From Octopus vulgaris (Eukaryota): a stretch of 64,000 bases of DNA. This document shows, piece after piece, positions 26,741 through 40,080 of the stretch. Within the stretch, counting starts at the first letter, position 1, and every line of letters begins with the position of its first letter. The stretch covers positions 101,556,001 to 101,620,000 of the forward strand of contig OX597818.1 in assembly GCA_951406725.2 (NCBI GenBank). Direction: 5' to 3'. The position numbers were made by a program, and so were the translations under genes. The notes beneath the pieces were generated by a model. That model saw only the letters and a program-made list of their open reading frames with translations, had not been told where the DNA came from and did no database searches.

Positions 26741-28433
26741 CATATAGCAGGTGTTTCCTTTCCTTAAATTTGTTTAAGTGTCGATGTTGCTTGCATCTTT
26801 CTTTTCTTAATACATTTGCTTATATAGTTTTGACTCATAATAAAGTATAAAGTACTACACCAAATAATTCATTATACCTTTCTTTATTATTTTCACATGG
26901 AATCAACGCTCGGACAATGAGCTATCACGAAATACGTTGACACGTGATCGTTCTGTAATATTCGATGCGCTTTGGAATGAAGAGTAGGTATATTTTATCT
27001 AATTTCATATTCATTGGCAACACGTCTACGGTGTTGAGTTAAATTTTTGATAACAAACACTTAAACACATGAACAATCAATGTTAATATTCACATAGACT
27101 GCATACTTTACGGAAATTAATAAAATAATTAATAAAATAATTTTAAATTCATACCAACTTCGGATTCCACGACTGTACGAGAAGTAATATTGTGTAGCAA
27201 ACCACAAATTATAACTTTTTCTCAGCCAAGAAACAGAAAAGTTACTAGAATTTTAAGTTTAATTATCATCACCCGTTCTACATACTGCATTGTTAAGCGA
27301 TTATGTACGTGTGTCCCAAAATACATTATTAGCAAATATTTTTCTTTCAAGTTTTTTTTTTAGCTTTATCTCTGATATGAGGTGCGTGCGCATATCGGTC
27401 TCGAAGGAAATCAAGTTTTTATGTCTCGTACGAAGTGTACAGAAAATGTTTCAATTTTCTACCATACTGAACAATATGCCACTATTTCTTGTAATGAAAT
27501 ACAAATTGACATAGATTCTACAACAGTAAAGTCGCTGCTTGCTAAAGAAAGAGCAGCTAATTTGAGAACCACAAGATGAATGTAGGAACTTAGTCAAGCC
27601 TAGTGACAATAAATTAGGAAACGAAATATTTTCTCATTGTACTCCATAGGAACTGAACTCTGAGATTTACCATTCATGTAATGGTAGGTTACATGTTCTA
27701 TACAAGTACACTACCAGCGGACTGTCATCGATAGTCACACGATCATGAATATATGTTCAAATTAAATGTATGATTTTCACGATTCAGTTGAAGTTGTTGG
27801 AAAGAATATCATGCGCATCAGCTTTACTTGCATGAATACTTAAGAGCTTCAATACGAGTATTAACCAGAAATAGGGCACACATAGTATAAAGCACATGGT
27901 TACAGAATCTTCCTATTCGGTGCTCAAGATTGAACAAAGCATTTGTACATGAAAGCGTTCTATTTCTTGGATGTTGCAACGATATGAAGTCTCCGTTTCG
28001 CAGCCATAATTTTCATTTTTATATTAAGTGCAATCATCAGAGTAGGATAATTAGCAATTTGCTAAGAAATCGGGAAATAATTATAAAAAATATGACGTAA
28101 TTTCTTCCTTTATTAATATTCTTAAATATTGGAAGAATTAGAGCTGTGAGTACCTAGATATCTGTAGAGCATGTCAAAATCATATTACTGAATAACTCAA
28201 ATGTATCTCAATAGTGATTGGTCGCTAATTGCCGTTTGTTTCTCTAAATTAGAAGACGCTTCAATTGATATATTTATATAGAAAACTGTGAAACCATGGC
28301 TGCGAAATTGCACTTTTATATACTGCCGACAAGAAGCTGCACCTGCGCGGTAAATTTGGAAAAATTAGAATGTATAAGCTCGGGGCATATACTGGATTGC
28401 CTCATGCCAAAATGTTTAATCTAATTTATTGTA

Positions 28434-28493
28434 CCTGCTGAAGAAGACGTCGCCTAGCAAATTATTTTATGAAGTATGAAACCATGTTCCAGG
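28434..28493 (+). ncRNA. Degenerate type I hammerhead motif
   Basis: CCTG-CTGAAGA-[agacgtcg...tgaagtat]-GAAAC-CATG-TTC-CAGG. Stem I is CCTG/CAGG with a palindromic CATG loop. A single change (TTC for GTC) breaks stem III and stem II is decayed. The element runs on to (TA)n at 28627. Confidence 0.5.
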
Positions 28494-28621
28494 ATTTAGA
28501 TGGTAAATGTTTTATTTTCATTCCGTTCGACGTTTTATCCCTAATAGTGGTTTGGAATTCAACTGTTATGTCTTACGTGTAAGGAGTCCTATGATGGATA
28601 TTTCTTATGTGTTTAAATGTA

Positions 28622-28663
<42 letters not shown>

Positions 28664-29390
28664 CAGAAATGTTTTGTTTATAGTAATTAAATATATGTCC
28701 TTTACATTTGCCCACTCCGTCTCTGAAACGACATTGAATGGATGGGTGCACGAGTGTACAATGCATAAAACATTGAAATGTTAGGAGAGCCAAGTGGAAT
28801 CATGTCTTTTACTGAAGGACATAATACGCTTCCGAGAGTGGGAATGGTCGATTGTCTCCAATACATGACTGGCACATTTTTGATACTCCCTAATCTGTTC
28901 AAAAGCACAATAGAACTCAGCGGAATTTCATTTTGGAGAAAGACAAGATACTGCCAGCTAGTCACTTTGTTTGTTTTTGTAATATAGGTTATGGTTACTT
29001 AGAATTATGAAAATTATTATTAGTGGCAGCATCAATATTAACTTCAGCAGCTGAAGTAATAGTAGTAGTTTTAGTAGTATCTCAACTTTAAGAAATGAGC
29101 CCAACGTTTTGAAGATTTTTTATATGCAGTGTTTAAGTTCCCTATTAATTTTCATTTAAGCTCCTTGCACCACGTAGCACGATATATATTTAAACGAATA
29201 AACATTTCAAAATCACTTTCGAATATTTCGGCAATATATTCATTTTTTCGCATTTTCATCCCACTTATATATATGTAATATAATTTCTTCTGAAACTTCA
29301 AATTTTTTCAGTATGCTACACTGGATTTAAATTGATATTAATCAAATTAGTATTCAATTTTCACCCTTATTATTATAAATTTAGATTTAG

Positions 29391-29433
<43 letters not shown>

Positions 29434-29503
29434 TTAGGGAATAAATCCAAACTTACAGGGAATTGATTTGTCTAATAGTGGTTTTATCTCTAATTTAATA
29501 TAA

Positions 29504-29562
<59 letters not shown>

Positions 29563-29639
29563 ACATATAAGCTTAGGTTAAAAGTAGAAAGGAGAAAAAT
29601 ATAGAGGCATATTATCTTACGCTAAGGTGGACTATTGGA

Positions 29640-29825
29640 AGGATTGTTAGCAGGCCGGCTAAAATGCTTACCGGTATTTCCCCCGACCTTATGTTCAATT
29701 TCCGCCGAAGTTAATTACTCTTTTCATCATTTTGGAGTCAATTAAATAATTAACAGTTGAACCCTGTTGTTCATGTAATAGTCACAATCCATTTCCCTAA
29801 CATGCGAACCTGAAGCCGATATTAA
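29640..29825 (+). mobile_element. SINE-like repeat family B, diverged
   Basis: gttcaatttccgccgaagttaattactcttttcatcattttggagtcaattaaataattaacagt parallels 63890-63955. Confidence 0.5.
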
Positions 29826-30360
29826 CTTAGTCTATCTTAGCTTTCCTTAGTAGTTCATCTAAAATTTGCGCATGTCATAATGCCCTTTCTGAAGTTGTTG
29901 CTAATGGGTTACATTGAGTGACTGCAATAATTCAGCCGCACGATAATTCTATGATTTCCTGCTGTTCACGTAGCATTATTTCGATGTAGATATTGGAATA
30001 TCCTTGTTGGAAGAAATATTTCGTATATAGATATGATTCAGGATTTACAAACTTGACTGTGTAAATTTTAAACGTGACATGATGTTTTAAAGGTGACAAA
30101 ATGTTAGCGTTGAAATTTGGTGTGTATATGTGTGATTTTGTGTGTGAAGGCTTGTCGGTACATATATCCTTCTGCATTATATATATTGTTTCTGTGTGTG
30201 AGTGTTTGTATGTCTGTGTGTTGGTGTGTGGGGTGTGCGTGCTTGTCTGTGTGTGTATACACACACAAACCGAAATAAAAAAATACATGCGTGTGCAAAT
30301 ATATATGCGTATATATATATATATATTTACGTGCATAGTACTTAAATCTCTCTCTCTCTC

Positions 30361-30397
<37 letters not shown>

Positions 30398-30468
30398 TTG
30401 TATATGTATATACGCATTTATTATACATAATTTATAAGAATACATGCGCACATACATAAACGTGAAAG

Positions 30469-30537
<69 letters not shown>

Positions 30538-30885
30538 GTGTATCAGTATAAATACATGCAAATACATCACCCACACACACACACACACACACACATGCAC
30601 GCACACATATACACTAACACACGCATATCAGTCATTTCTTAATGCAGAAGAACGATATGCTATTTACATTTACCTATCCTTGAAAACAATACGAAAGACA
30701 TATATCGTAGAAAATAAAAATTTATCTCTTATTCCTACCTGAATGTAACGCGTGACTTTGAGTAGATTCTCAGCAACGGCAATATAATCCGTGCAACAAT
30801 AAATCATAAATATATGAAGTATACATACGCAAAATTGAAACCCTGTGCATTATAAATCAAGACGAATTCCTCTGAAAATAATATA

Positions 30886-30945
<60 letters not shown>

Positions 30946-30962
30946 AATACACACACACACAC

Positions 30963-31026
<64 letters not shown>

Positions 31027-32099
31027 TATATATATACGCATACACGTAATTAAATTAAAATCAATTTAAACTACTATCAATACAAAAAGAAGTATTTTCG
31101 GAACACATTGAAATTTACGCTCACTGAAAATAATTTGGGAAATCATTGATCAGAAACAATAATAATAATAAATTAATACAAGGAAATACGTCATACGTGG
31201 TTTTAAAATATACTGCTATATCCAAAATACACTTGAGGGAATATATTGACACTATCTATTGAAAACAACCCAAATATTCCATGGGAAAAGAGACATATGT
31301 AACTCGTTTATATATAACAACAGTTAATTTCGTTGAAGAGGAGAGAATATGAAAGAAGTAGATGGGATAAGGAATGCTGGACATGGACTAAAGTTATTAA
31401 AATATTTATAGAATCGAAGGAAAGTGAATTCAATTTCTAAAATTTATATCGAGATAAGCGTTAATAAAATATATTGATTATATGAGGTAAACGAAGGAGA
31501 TACATCAAAAATAACAAGAATGCCCAATTTGCACTCCATAGCAATATAAGTGATGGTTGAATACGAAGGGCAATATATTATACAGCAAAATCAACAATGT
31601 ATTATATTCATTACAAAATATTGTTATACATACTCAAACCCACAAACACTTCCACACAGACACACACACGCACACACTTCGGAATCACAGCACATAAATA
31701 CACTGCAACACAATTTCTTTTTGGTCCTGCCCTATTTAACTTTCTTCTGAAAAATCATCAAAGAGGAAAATAAACCCATCAGCTTTAAACGGATTTGGGA
31801 AACATTCCTCCAAGGAATACCAGATAAGCCACAAATACCTGGATACAAATCACTCAACAAGAACTCCCTAGTCGAATAGATCATGATACCACAAAACTTG
31901 ATTTTAAAAGGATTTAGCAAATCCTTTCAGGTAGTGATATTAAGTTAGACATGGCATGGACAAATCTTTGGTCGACACATATCTAATTACTTAGGTAACT
32001 TAGATACATTACGACCAAATATAGTGAATTAAACTTTTAAATAATACATATATGTATATATTATCATTATTATTATTATTATTATTTTTTTCCTTTTAT

Positions 32100-32345
32100 T
32101 TCAGGTGTTGTTGGAGAACCTCGAGTCTTGCATGCATTGCGGGCTTCCTACATGCTGGCCGTTCTTTCCAGCTGTTTAATACTTTCCTGATTACTCTGGC
32201 CATGCCAAGGAGAACAATTTTTTCTCACAGTTCTTCTGGGTACCCTATTCCAATTTCCTTTATGTTCCCTTGGTGTCTTCTGATATTGTTCCAAAGGGCA
32301 CCACCATAATTGGCACTTCAGTTTCTTCGTTTTCCTAGCTGGGCT
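32100..32345 (-). mobile_element. 3' end of an RLE-type (R4/Dong-like) LINE, decayed
   Basis: Minus strand reads ...EVPIMVVPFGTIS... and ...LLGMARVIRKVLNS, paralleling IPIIVGALG...LLGTAHILRRTLS at 53161-53381. Abuts a (TTA)n tract. Confidence 0.55.
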
Positions 32346-32346
32346 G

Positions 32347-32665
<319 letters not shown>

Positions 32666-33039
32666 TTAGTTCATAAATTCATAAATTGTATATTTATGCG
32701 TCTAGTAGTTTACCGGTAAAGGACGTTCATTTTTTCAGCTTTCTTTGATGGAAGCTACGAGAATCTGTATTTGTCTCTACAATTGTTTGGACCCAACTAA
32801 CATCGATCCCTCACGAGTGGCTTACTCAAGGTCTTATTTAAGTGTATCCGTCGGTGGAGTGCTGTCGGTGTAGGTGATTATATATAAGATGTATATCGTC
32901 AAATAACGTTTATTCCGCAAGATTTCTCCTCGGTATGTGTATACAAACCGGAAAATTAGAGGTCACAGCACTAAGAAATATCAGAGGCGAACATAAATAA
33001 ATACATTATACAGGGAAAAGAGTATCCAACAATAGCAAC

Positions 33040-33393
33040 ATTTTGGAATATCTCTTTATGGCCGCGTTCTAGCCCAGATCTAAACGCTCTGGATTATGCT
33101 ATTTGGGGCGTTTTAGAATATGCTACCAATAGAACATCACACAGCAATGTCGACTATCTTAAAGATACTATTAAAGAAGAATGGGAGAAGTTGTCTCCCG
33201 AATATTTAAGGAACACATGTGCAAGTTTCAGGAAGCGTGTGAAGGCAGTTATTGGGAAAGGAGGACACATGGAATAATAACATTTTCTCTTATGTAAATT
33301 TTCTTGTGGCAAATAAATTCTCATGACATTCAATAAACTAATTGGTCCTACACAGACTTTCAATTCCTGCCTCAAAATATTCCCCACCCTGTA
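33040..33393 (+). mobile_element. maT/DD37D-like transposon 3' end with TIR
   Basis: FWNISLWPRSSPDLNALDYAIWGVLE...LKDTIKEEWEKLSPEYLRNTCASFRKRVKAVIGKGGHME* (SPDLNPLDY motif). Ends aaaatattccccaccctgta. Confidence 0.8.
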
Positions 33394-33452
33394 TATATGT
33401 ATGTATGCACATAATGCCTGGATGTCATGTGTGTGTATATATATATATATAT

Positions 33453-33497
<45 letters not shown>

Positions 33498-33802
33498 AAA
33501 GAGTGTGCTTATTAAAGGAGATATTCAAAAGTGAACTGCATTCATGCCCTAATCTCCGACTTATTCCATCATCGATGTATTGTTTCTTTTCGTATGATGT
33601 TAACTTTTTTACCACTTCCTTACATCCAACGTAATTTACGAATATCTATTCTTTGAAAGTCGTTTTTATGGATCTTCCGTCGTTTTCCGACCTGTTTAGG
33701 AATCCATATTATAACAATAGCATTTTAGGCCACTTGCTGTTCTGGAACATGTATATATACACACACAGAATTGTATATGTACATACATATATATATATAT
33801 AT

Positions 33803-33855
<53 letters not shown>

Positions 33856-33878
33856 GTATGTGTGTGTGTATATGTATT

Positions 33879-33922
<44 letters not shown>

Positions 33923-35636
33923 AGTGTGTGTACAGAAAGAGGGACATATACTGTGCATTCTTAGAACTTTGTTTATCTGTATAAGCGTATATATGTGGGT
34001 GAGCAGATTCGCACCTGTTGAGTGACATAAAACCGCCTAGAGAGATTTATTAAATAATTCGTTAACAATTGTTAATGGCGCATACGGTAATGTTATGGGA
34101 ATGTCATCAATTGATAATTAATTCGAATCATTCTAAATCAAAAGCTACTCTCTGTATTTATTTACAGTTGAAATATTCTGAATGCATTCATGTCAGTTTG
34201 AGGTTATATGCACCTGGTATTTAATGAGCCATAAATCGTAACTCTCAATAAATTCATTGCGCATTTATTGCACACGTATTTGTTTCAACCAATGCACATT
34301 TTCACAGGACAGTGTTTGTAATATCAGGGAATACAACGCATGGTATTATAGAACATCTATCTAAATGTATCATACTGCCTCTAAATGCTACACTCGATAT
34401 AACGTGGATCTAGCAATAAACACGTAATAAGAAGATAACATCTGATATAATGGACTCGTTATAATTTACAATGCACAAAGCTTTAGAATAAGTTTTAACA
34501 GCAGCTGGAATCATTACATTAAATGTTAAATATGATTATATATATTTTCCTTAATCTACAGAGTCTGATATATTCACACATATATGGGGAAGTTATCTTC
34601 TTAAACGTAATATAACAACTAAATATCAAGTCAACTGCCATGTCACAATGTTCAAGTATCAATTATTTCCTTTGCAAATGCTTGTGTAAGGTATTCAAAT
34701 GCTCAATAAAATATAAATTAACACTTGCAGCCAAGGGGATTTATATGTGTTGGCATTAAATCAGCAGATAGAATATCAAAGCTACTTTTACGATTGTGAG
34801 GGATGTTGCTATATGGCACAAAAAGGAAATTACCTGCAACATTGCTAAAAACCGACGACGTCGAGAATGTTCAAGCTTATAACTGATCGTCCATTTTATT
34901 TGCTCTTTCCACTCTTTAGAGATAGAAAATTAAAATTTTCTCTAACTATAGCCTCGCATTTGAGTATATGATCAGCGAATATTTCCTCGAAAATCTTCGT
35001 TCAATATCTTTAATGTTATTTTCGATAAATCCATGCACCGAAGATGAAGAATAGTTTGTCCTACTGAGAGGACGTGCATAGTTTTTTAAACTCATATATC
35101 GTAGGCTTTCATTCTGTTTCAGATTACAACATGAGTATCGATGTTTGTGTCTACAAGACTTCCACCTATAATTAGGCTCATTTAAACGCTTGATGTATTT
35201 GCAATTTCTGGTTTTGAGATGAATATTTTGGGATAAAATTACCCTGGCTAAACGTATACACTCTGCTAAACGAATGACTGCAAAAATTTAGTTTTCTCTT
35301 AATAAATATATGTCATTGTGAAAGAAGGAAGAACAATACTGGCTTCTGACCATCGTCATAACATTACGTTAGCAACTCGTACAGCTCTCATGAAGTTTCA
35401 CCTGTAAGAATTGAGATGGAGGCGTCTACAATTAACGTGATTGCATATTTTTATTTCCTCGTCAGCACTCCAATGAGAGAAATATATCGGAATGAAGAGT
35501 AAACTAATGATCGAAAATTGATTGTGTTTGGACTGGCGTTTGTGTGTGTTTGTAGAGAAAAGATGTTTAGTTTTACGCAATAAGAATGCTTCTTCATTTT
35601 TCTTTTGAGTATTGCAGTGGGATTTTACAGATAGAT

Positions 35637-35897
35637 TACTCTTTTACACTCTTTTACTTGTTTCAGTCATTTGACTGCGGCCATGCTGGAGCACCGCCTT
35701 TAATCAAGCAACTCGACCACGGGACTTATTCTTTGTAAGCCCAGTACTTATTCTATCGGTCTCTTTTTGCCGAACCGCTAAGTGACGGGGACATAAACAC
35801 GCTAGCATCGGTTGTAAAGCTATGCTAGGGGGACAAACACAGACACACACACACATATATATATATACATATATACGACAGGCTTCTTTCAGTTTCC
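35637..35897 (-). mobile_element. SINE family A, 3' two-thirds
   Basis: Reverse complement matches the body and tail of 50540-50877, with an internal microsatellite and an A-rich repeated tail. Confidence 0.85.
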
Positions 35898-38854
35898 TTT
35901 ATGTTCCCTTGTAGTATAAACAACCGTATATGTGATATCAGATGCGTTAATATTATTGCAAAAATCTACTATAGATGACGATGGATTGCATTCGATAGTG
36001 GCGTATCATCCCACAATGCAAACGAATGTTAAATTAATCCCATTATGACGAAACCTAACAATCATCTTCGTCAATACGATGAAGTGATCCGTTACCAAAA
36101 CTGTAAGATGGAATTCAATAATCGATTGAACAGAATTGTTGTTGCTCTGAATATTTTCTTTATCGTTTACGGAGTTATATCAAAACGTGAGAATGTAGCC
36201 TGTTTATAGTAAGATAGAGGCAGTAGACAACGAGTGTGAGTGATCTGTTGAGTTACGTGTATAATCTGCTGAATATTATGACAACATAATTGCGAGATAT
36301 CACCCGACACTTCACGGTTACTACGTTATAAAAATACAACTAACGGTAACTTATAAACTCATATAAGTCTAAGGATATTGACTAAATTCACACACACACA
36401 CACACATGTACATATAGACATACACCACACTACACTTCCACACACCAACACTCGTGGGAAGATATCAAGATGGAGGAATAGATTAAGTAATGTGAGTGAG
36501 ATAGAGAAAGAAGCACAAAAGCTGTAATCTTTTTTTTTCATATGATACAGAACCAGGATATAATTTCTTTCTGGCAGATAATGCATTACTCAAAAATTCA
36601 TGAATATAAATATGGAAACAGAAGTTGCATTTCTACAGACTACGTTTATACTTACATTTGTGTTATGTGGACTGTCGCATTTACACGAAGCACACGCTAA
36701 AACACGCACATGTACGTTTATGCTTCATTATGCATACGGATACTTGTGCACACACACACGCGCACATATGCACGCGCGCACACACAGATATTCATAATGT
36801 TATTAATGGAGTCAAAAAAGCGTATAATCACCCATTCTCTCTCCTCTACAATTTGTATGTATTAAACAAGACGTCCATTCGCTGGAAGCACGAAATACTT
36901 ATGTGTCGTTTACACGTATATTCATTCAATCGATTTGTGTTAGCCAAGTAGAGTTATTGCCGAAGGCTATTACCAGCTCTTAGTGTAGTAGATAATTTCC
37001 ACGACTAAGTAAGTACTAGATATTGCCAGGCAAAATCCGTGTCATTACAACCAATTTCAACCATAAGATTGTTCGACAGACAAGAACCTAATTAAACTAT
37101 TATTCGAGAATATGGCCACTTAAATTGCAACTTAGTGCTAAGTATGTATACATAATGTACCATGGCTAAATGCCATCAGCAATATCTGTGAAAAAAGGGA
37201 AAAAAATGTTCCATTGCACAGTTATTCAGAATTTCCTCTTCGGCTACTAGATGAAAATTGTGCAAAACACTTTAATTATTTTCATAGTAAATCTTAACAT
37301 TTTTATTGAAAATATATACACCATTAAATGGGAACAATTAATTATAGGATAAAGAAAAAATTACCGAAATTCAAACAATAGGAATCGGTTTTGTGACACT
37401 AAGCTAGAAAATATCTAATGCACTGGTTACAGTTTCCTCGAAGTTATAACATATATTTTACAGTCTTTCAATTCTATATGTCTATGAGACACTCTCTTAG
37501 ATTTTCTTAGCATCTTCATTACACTCTTTTCATTCTATGTATGTATATATATATATATTTATCTTTATCTAGCTATACATACACACACACACACAATGGT
37601 ATATATGCATGTTTATCTAAATATAAGTATATATATATATATATATATAAATATAATATATGTATGTGTGTGTGTGTGTAAGTATATATATATACTCGTA
37701 TGTACACACAGACATACACACATACATGCATACATACAAACATATGTACATACATACATGCATACATACATACATACATACATACATACATACATACATA
37801 CATACATACATAAATACATACATACATACATACATATGTAAATACATATGATGCATGTTTTGACACTTGAGTACATTATGCATTTAGATATGGTAACTTT
37901 GTGGAGAGAAAAGTCGAGAAGCGTCGCAGTAATTTCAGCAATATGTTGAGATCTTTTGCTGACCACCTATAGCATTTTCCCATCCATTTGTACATTACTG
38001 TTAATCCAGTTTTGCCTTAAGAAACTCAATTAGCCCGATCTTTACGTATCTCCCGCATTTGTGCGAGATATTATGATTAATTTATTGCGGTGTGAGTTGA
38101 TGGCGATGAGTCAAATGGAAGTGTGACCATGACTGTGTTAAATGAAGAAATTTCTGTTCGTCATACTGTTTATTAGATTATAGAGATATTTAGCTAAAAA
38201 AAAAACATGGTATATACACAAAACGATATGCATAATTTATTTAACCGTCTTCAATAACGAATTCGTAATTTGTGTTTGTATGGAATACAAACCACCTGTC
38301 GCTGATTACAGTTAAATTTGAAAATAGGATTGAAGCTAATCCGGTTGATATTGTTTTAGTTTCCAACAAGATATTTCATATAGTGATCGTAATTACACCA
38401 TTTCTATCCAGGGAGAAATAACTTATTACGTCGAAATATATACGACTAAAAGCAAACGATATTGAAGTGTCAGTGTTTTATATGCGAAAGATTCATATGT
38501 AAACATATGTTATTTACTATGAGGCTAGACTAGTAATTATGTTTCTTTATTCGAGAGCAGTTGAATCGACAAATATTCACTGATGCATCAAGCTTTGTCA
38601 GTGATATAACATGTGCTAAATAGTTAATATTATCTTTGTGTAGTATATTTGAGGTCAATTTTTCCACTTTGTTTGAGTCGAATACACATGAAAGCAAACC
38701 AGCGTCCGGCATATATGTCAATGTGACCTGTAAGTGCTTATATACGTCGCGTAGATGAACATAAATTGAACTACCGAGATTCAACGTATAACTACCTATT
38801 TTATACCTCATTAAATATACTATATATATAGTATGTTATATATACTATTTATTC

Positions 38855-39151
38855 GCCCTTTTCTAGGATAGCCAGGCTCATGGGCCCTGTTTCCCTTTTT
38901 CTATAGCGTATGCGTTCCCCCTGGCTTGTAGAGACGCCAGTTCATCGCAGTGTTACTCAAGAAACAGGAAGAAAGACTGAGAGAAAGTTGGGGCGAAACA
39001 GCACAACAGGAGTCGCCACCACTCCTGCGGGAGCCTCGTGGAACTTTTAGGTGTTTTAGCTCAATAAACACACGCAACACCCGGTCTAGGAATCGAAACT
39101 GTGATCCTCCGACCGCGATTTCGCTGCCCTAACCACTGGGCCATTGCGCCT

Positions 39152-39153
<2 letters not shown>
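38855..39153 (-). mobile_element. tRNA-derived SINE family C (tail type 1)
   Basis: Head ggaggcgcaaTGGCCCAGTGGttagggcagc...GTTTCGATTCCtagaccggg has Pol III A/B boxes. Body shared with the copies at 57125 and 59804. Confidence 0.85.
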
Positions 39154-39201
<48 letters not shown>

Positions 39202-39204
39202 GGA

Positions 39205-40080
39205 TTTGAAGATGCTGTCTGGTCCTTTTTGTGACGTGTCCTGTCCATTATACCCTACAGGCGTTTTATAGTATTCATATCTGGTGACTGACTTGGTCAT
39301 GGAAGCATTTTAATGCAATACTCATGCAACAAATCTTAAGTCATTTTAGCCGTGTAACAAGCAGTCCCTTCGTCTATAAATAAACAGTCTTCTTTAATCT
39401 TTACATCATTGGAGAAGATTGGAAGAAACCCTTACTGCAATATATACACATATCTATTTTAGTTCATGTTTCCCTCACACTCCACAAACTCTGATCAACC
39501 ATTGCTCCAAATTTCTCCCCAGACCATTACAGAAGTGCTACCGTGATTCATTGCTGGCTGCAATTTTTTAACATTAAAAACTTGATCACAGATTCCCCAG
39601 ACCTACACTCAACAACAGTCAGTAAATGCAGCAAATCTGGACACATCAGAGAATAATACAGCGCCCGAAATTGCTAGTGGCTTCTCCACCAACTCACTAG
39701 CCCAATATTGTCTCCGCTTGATGCTAGTTTGTCGAAGATGTGGCTTACTTGTTGCTGCTCTGCCATAGTAACCAAGCTTGTGGAGATATCTGGCAGCTGT
39801 TCTGGGACTGAAATCAACTTGTTCTGTTTTGTCAGGGGCTTGCAGCGCGGGTTATCCTCCGTACTTCTCTTCTCAAAGAAAAGGGTCCTGTCATAATTGA
39901 TCTGGGCAATGTGGTATGGACACCTTTCTCTTCCTGGTGAATTGCATAATCACTGTATTAACTATAGAAAGATGGATCCCAAGACTTTCTGAAATTTTAC
40001 TTTTACTATGTCCACCTTCAGAGTGGCCCACAATACGACCTCTTTGAAATTCAAACAATACCAATGCTTCTTTTATTCAT
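39205..40080 (-). mobile_element. Tc1-like transposase pseudogene (second family; not visible in the ORF track)
   Basis: Manual translation gives EFQRGRIVGHSEGGHSKSKISESLGIHLSIVNTV (HTH); HKLGYYGRAATSKPHL; VLFSDVSRF; MNHGSTSVMVWG; LP*PSQSPDMNTIKRL*. Confidence 0.85.
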
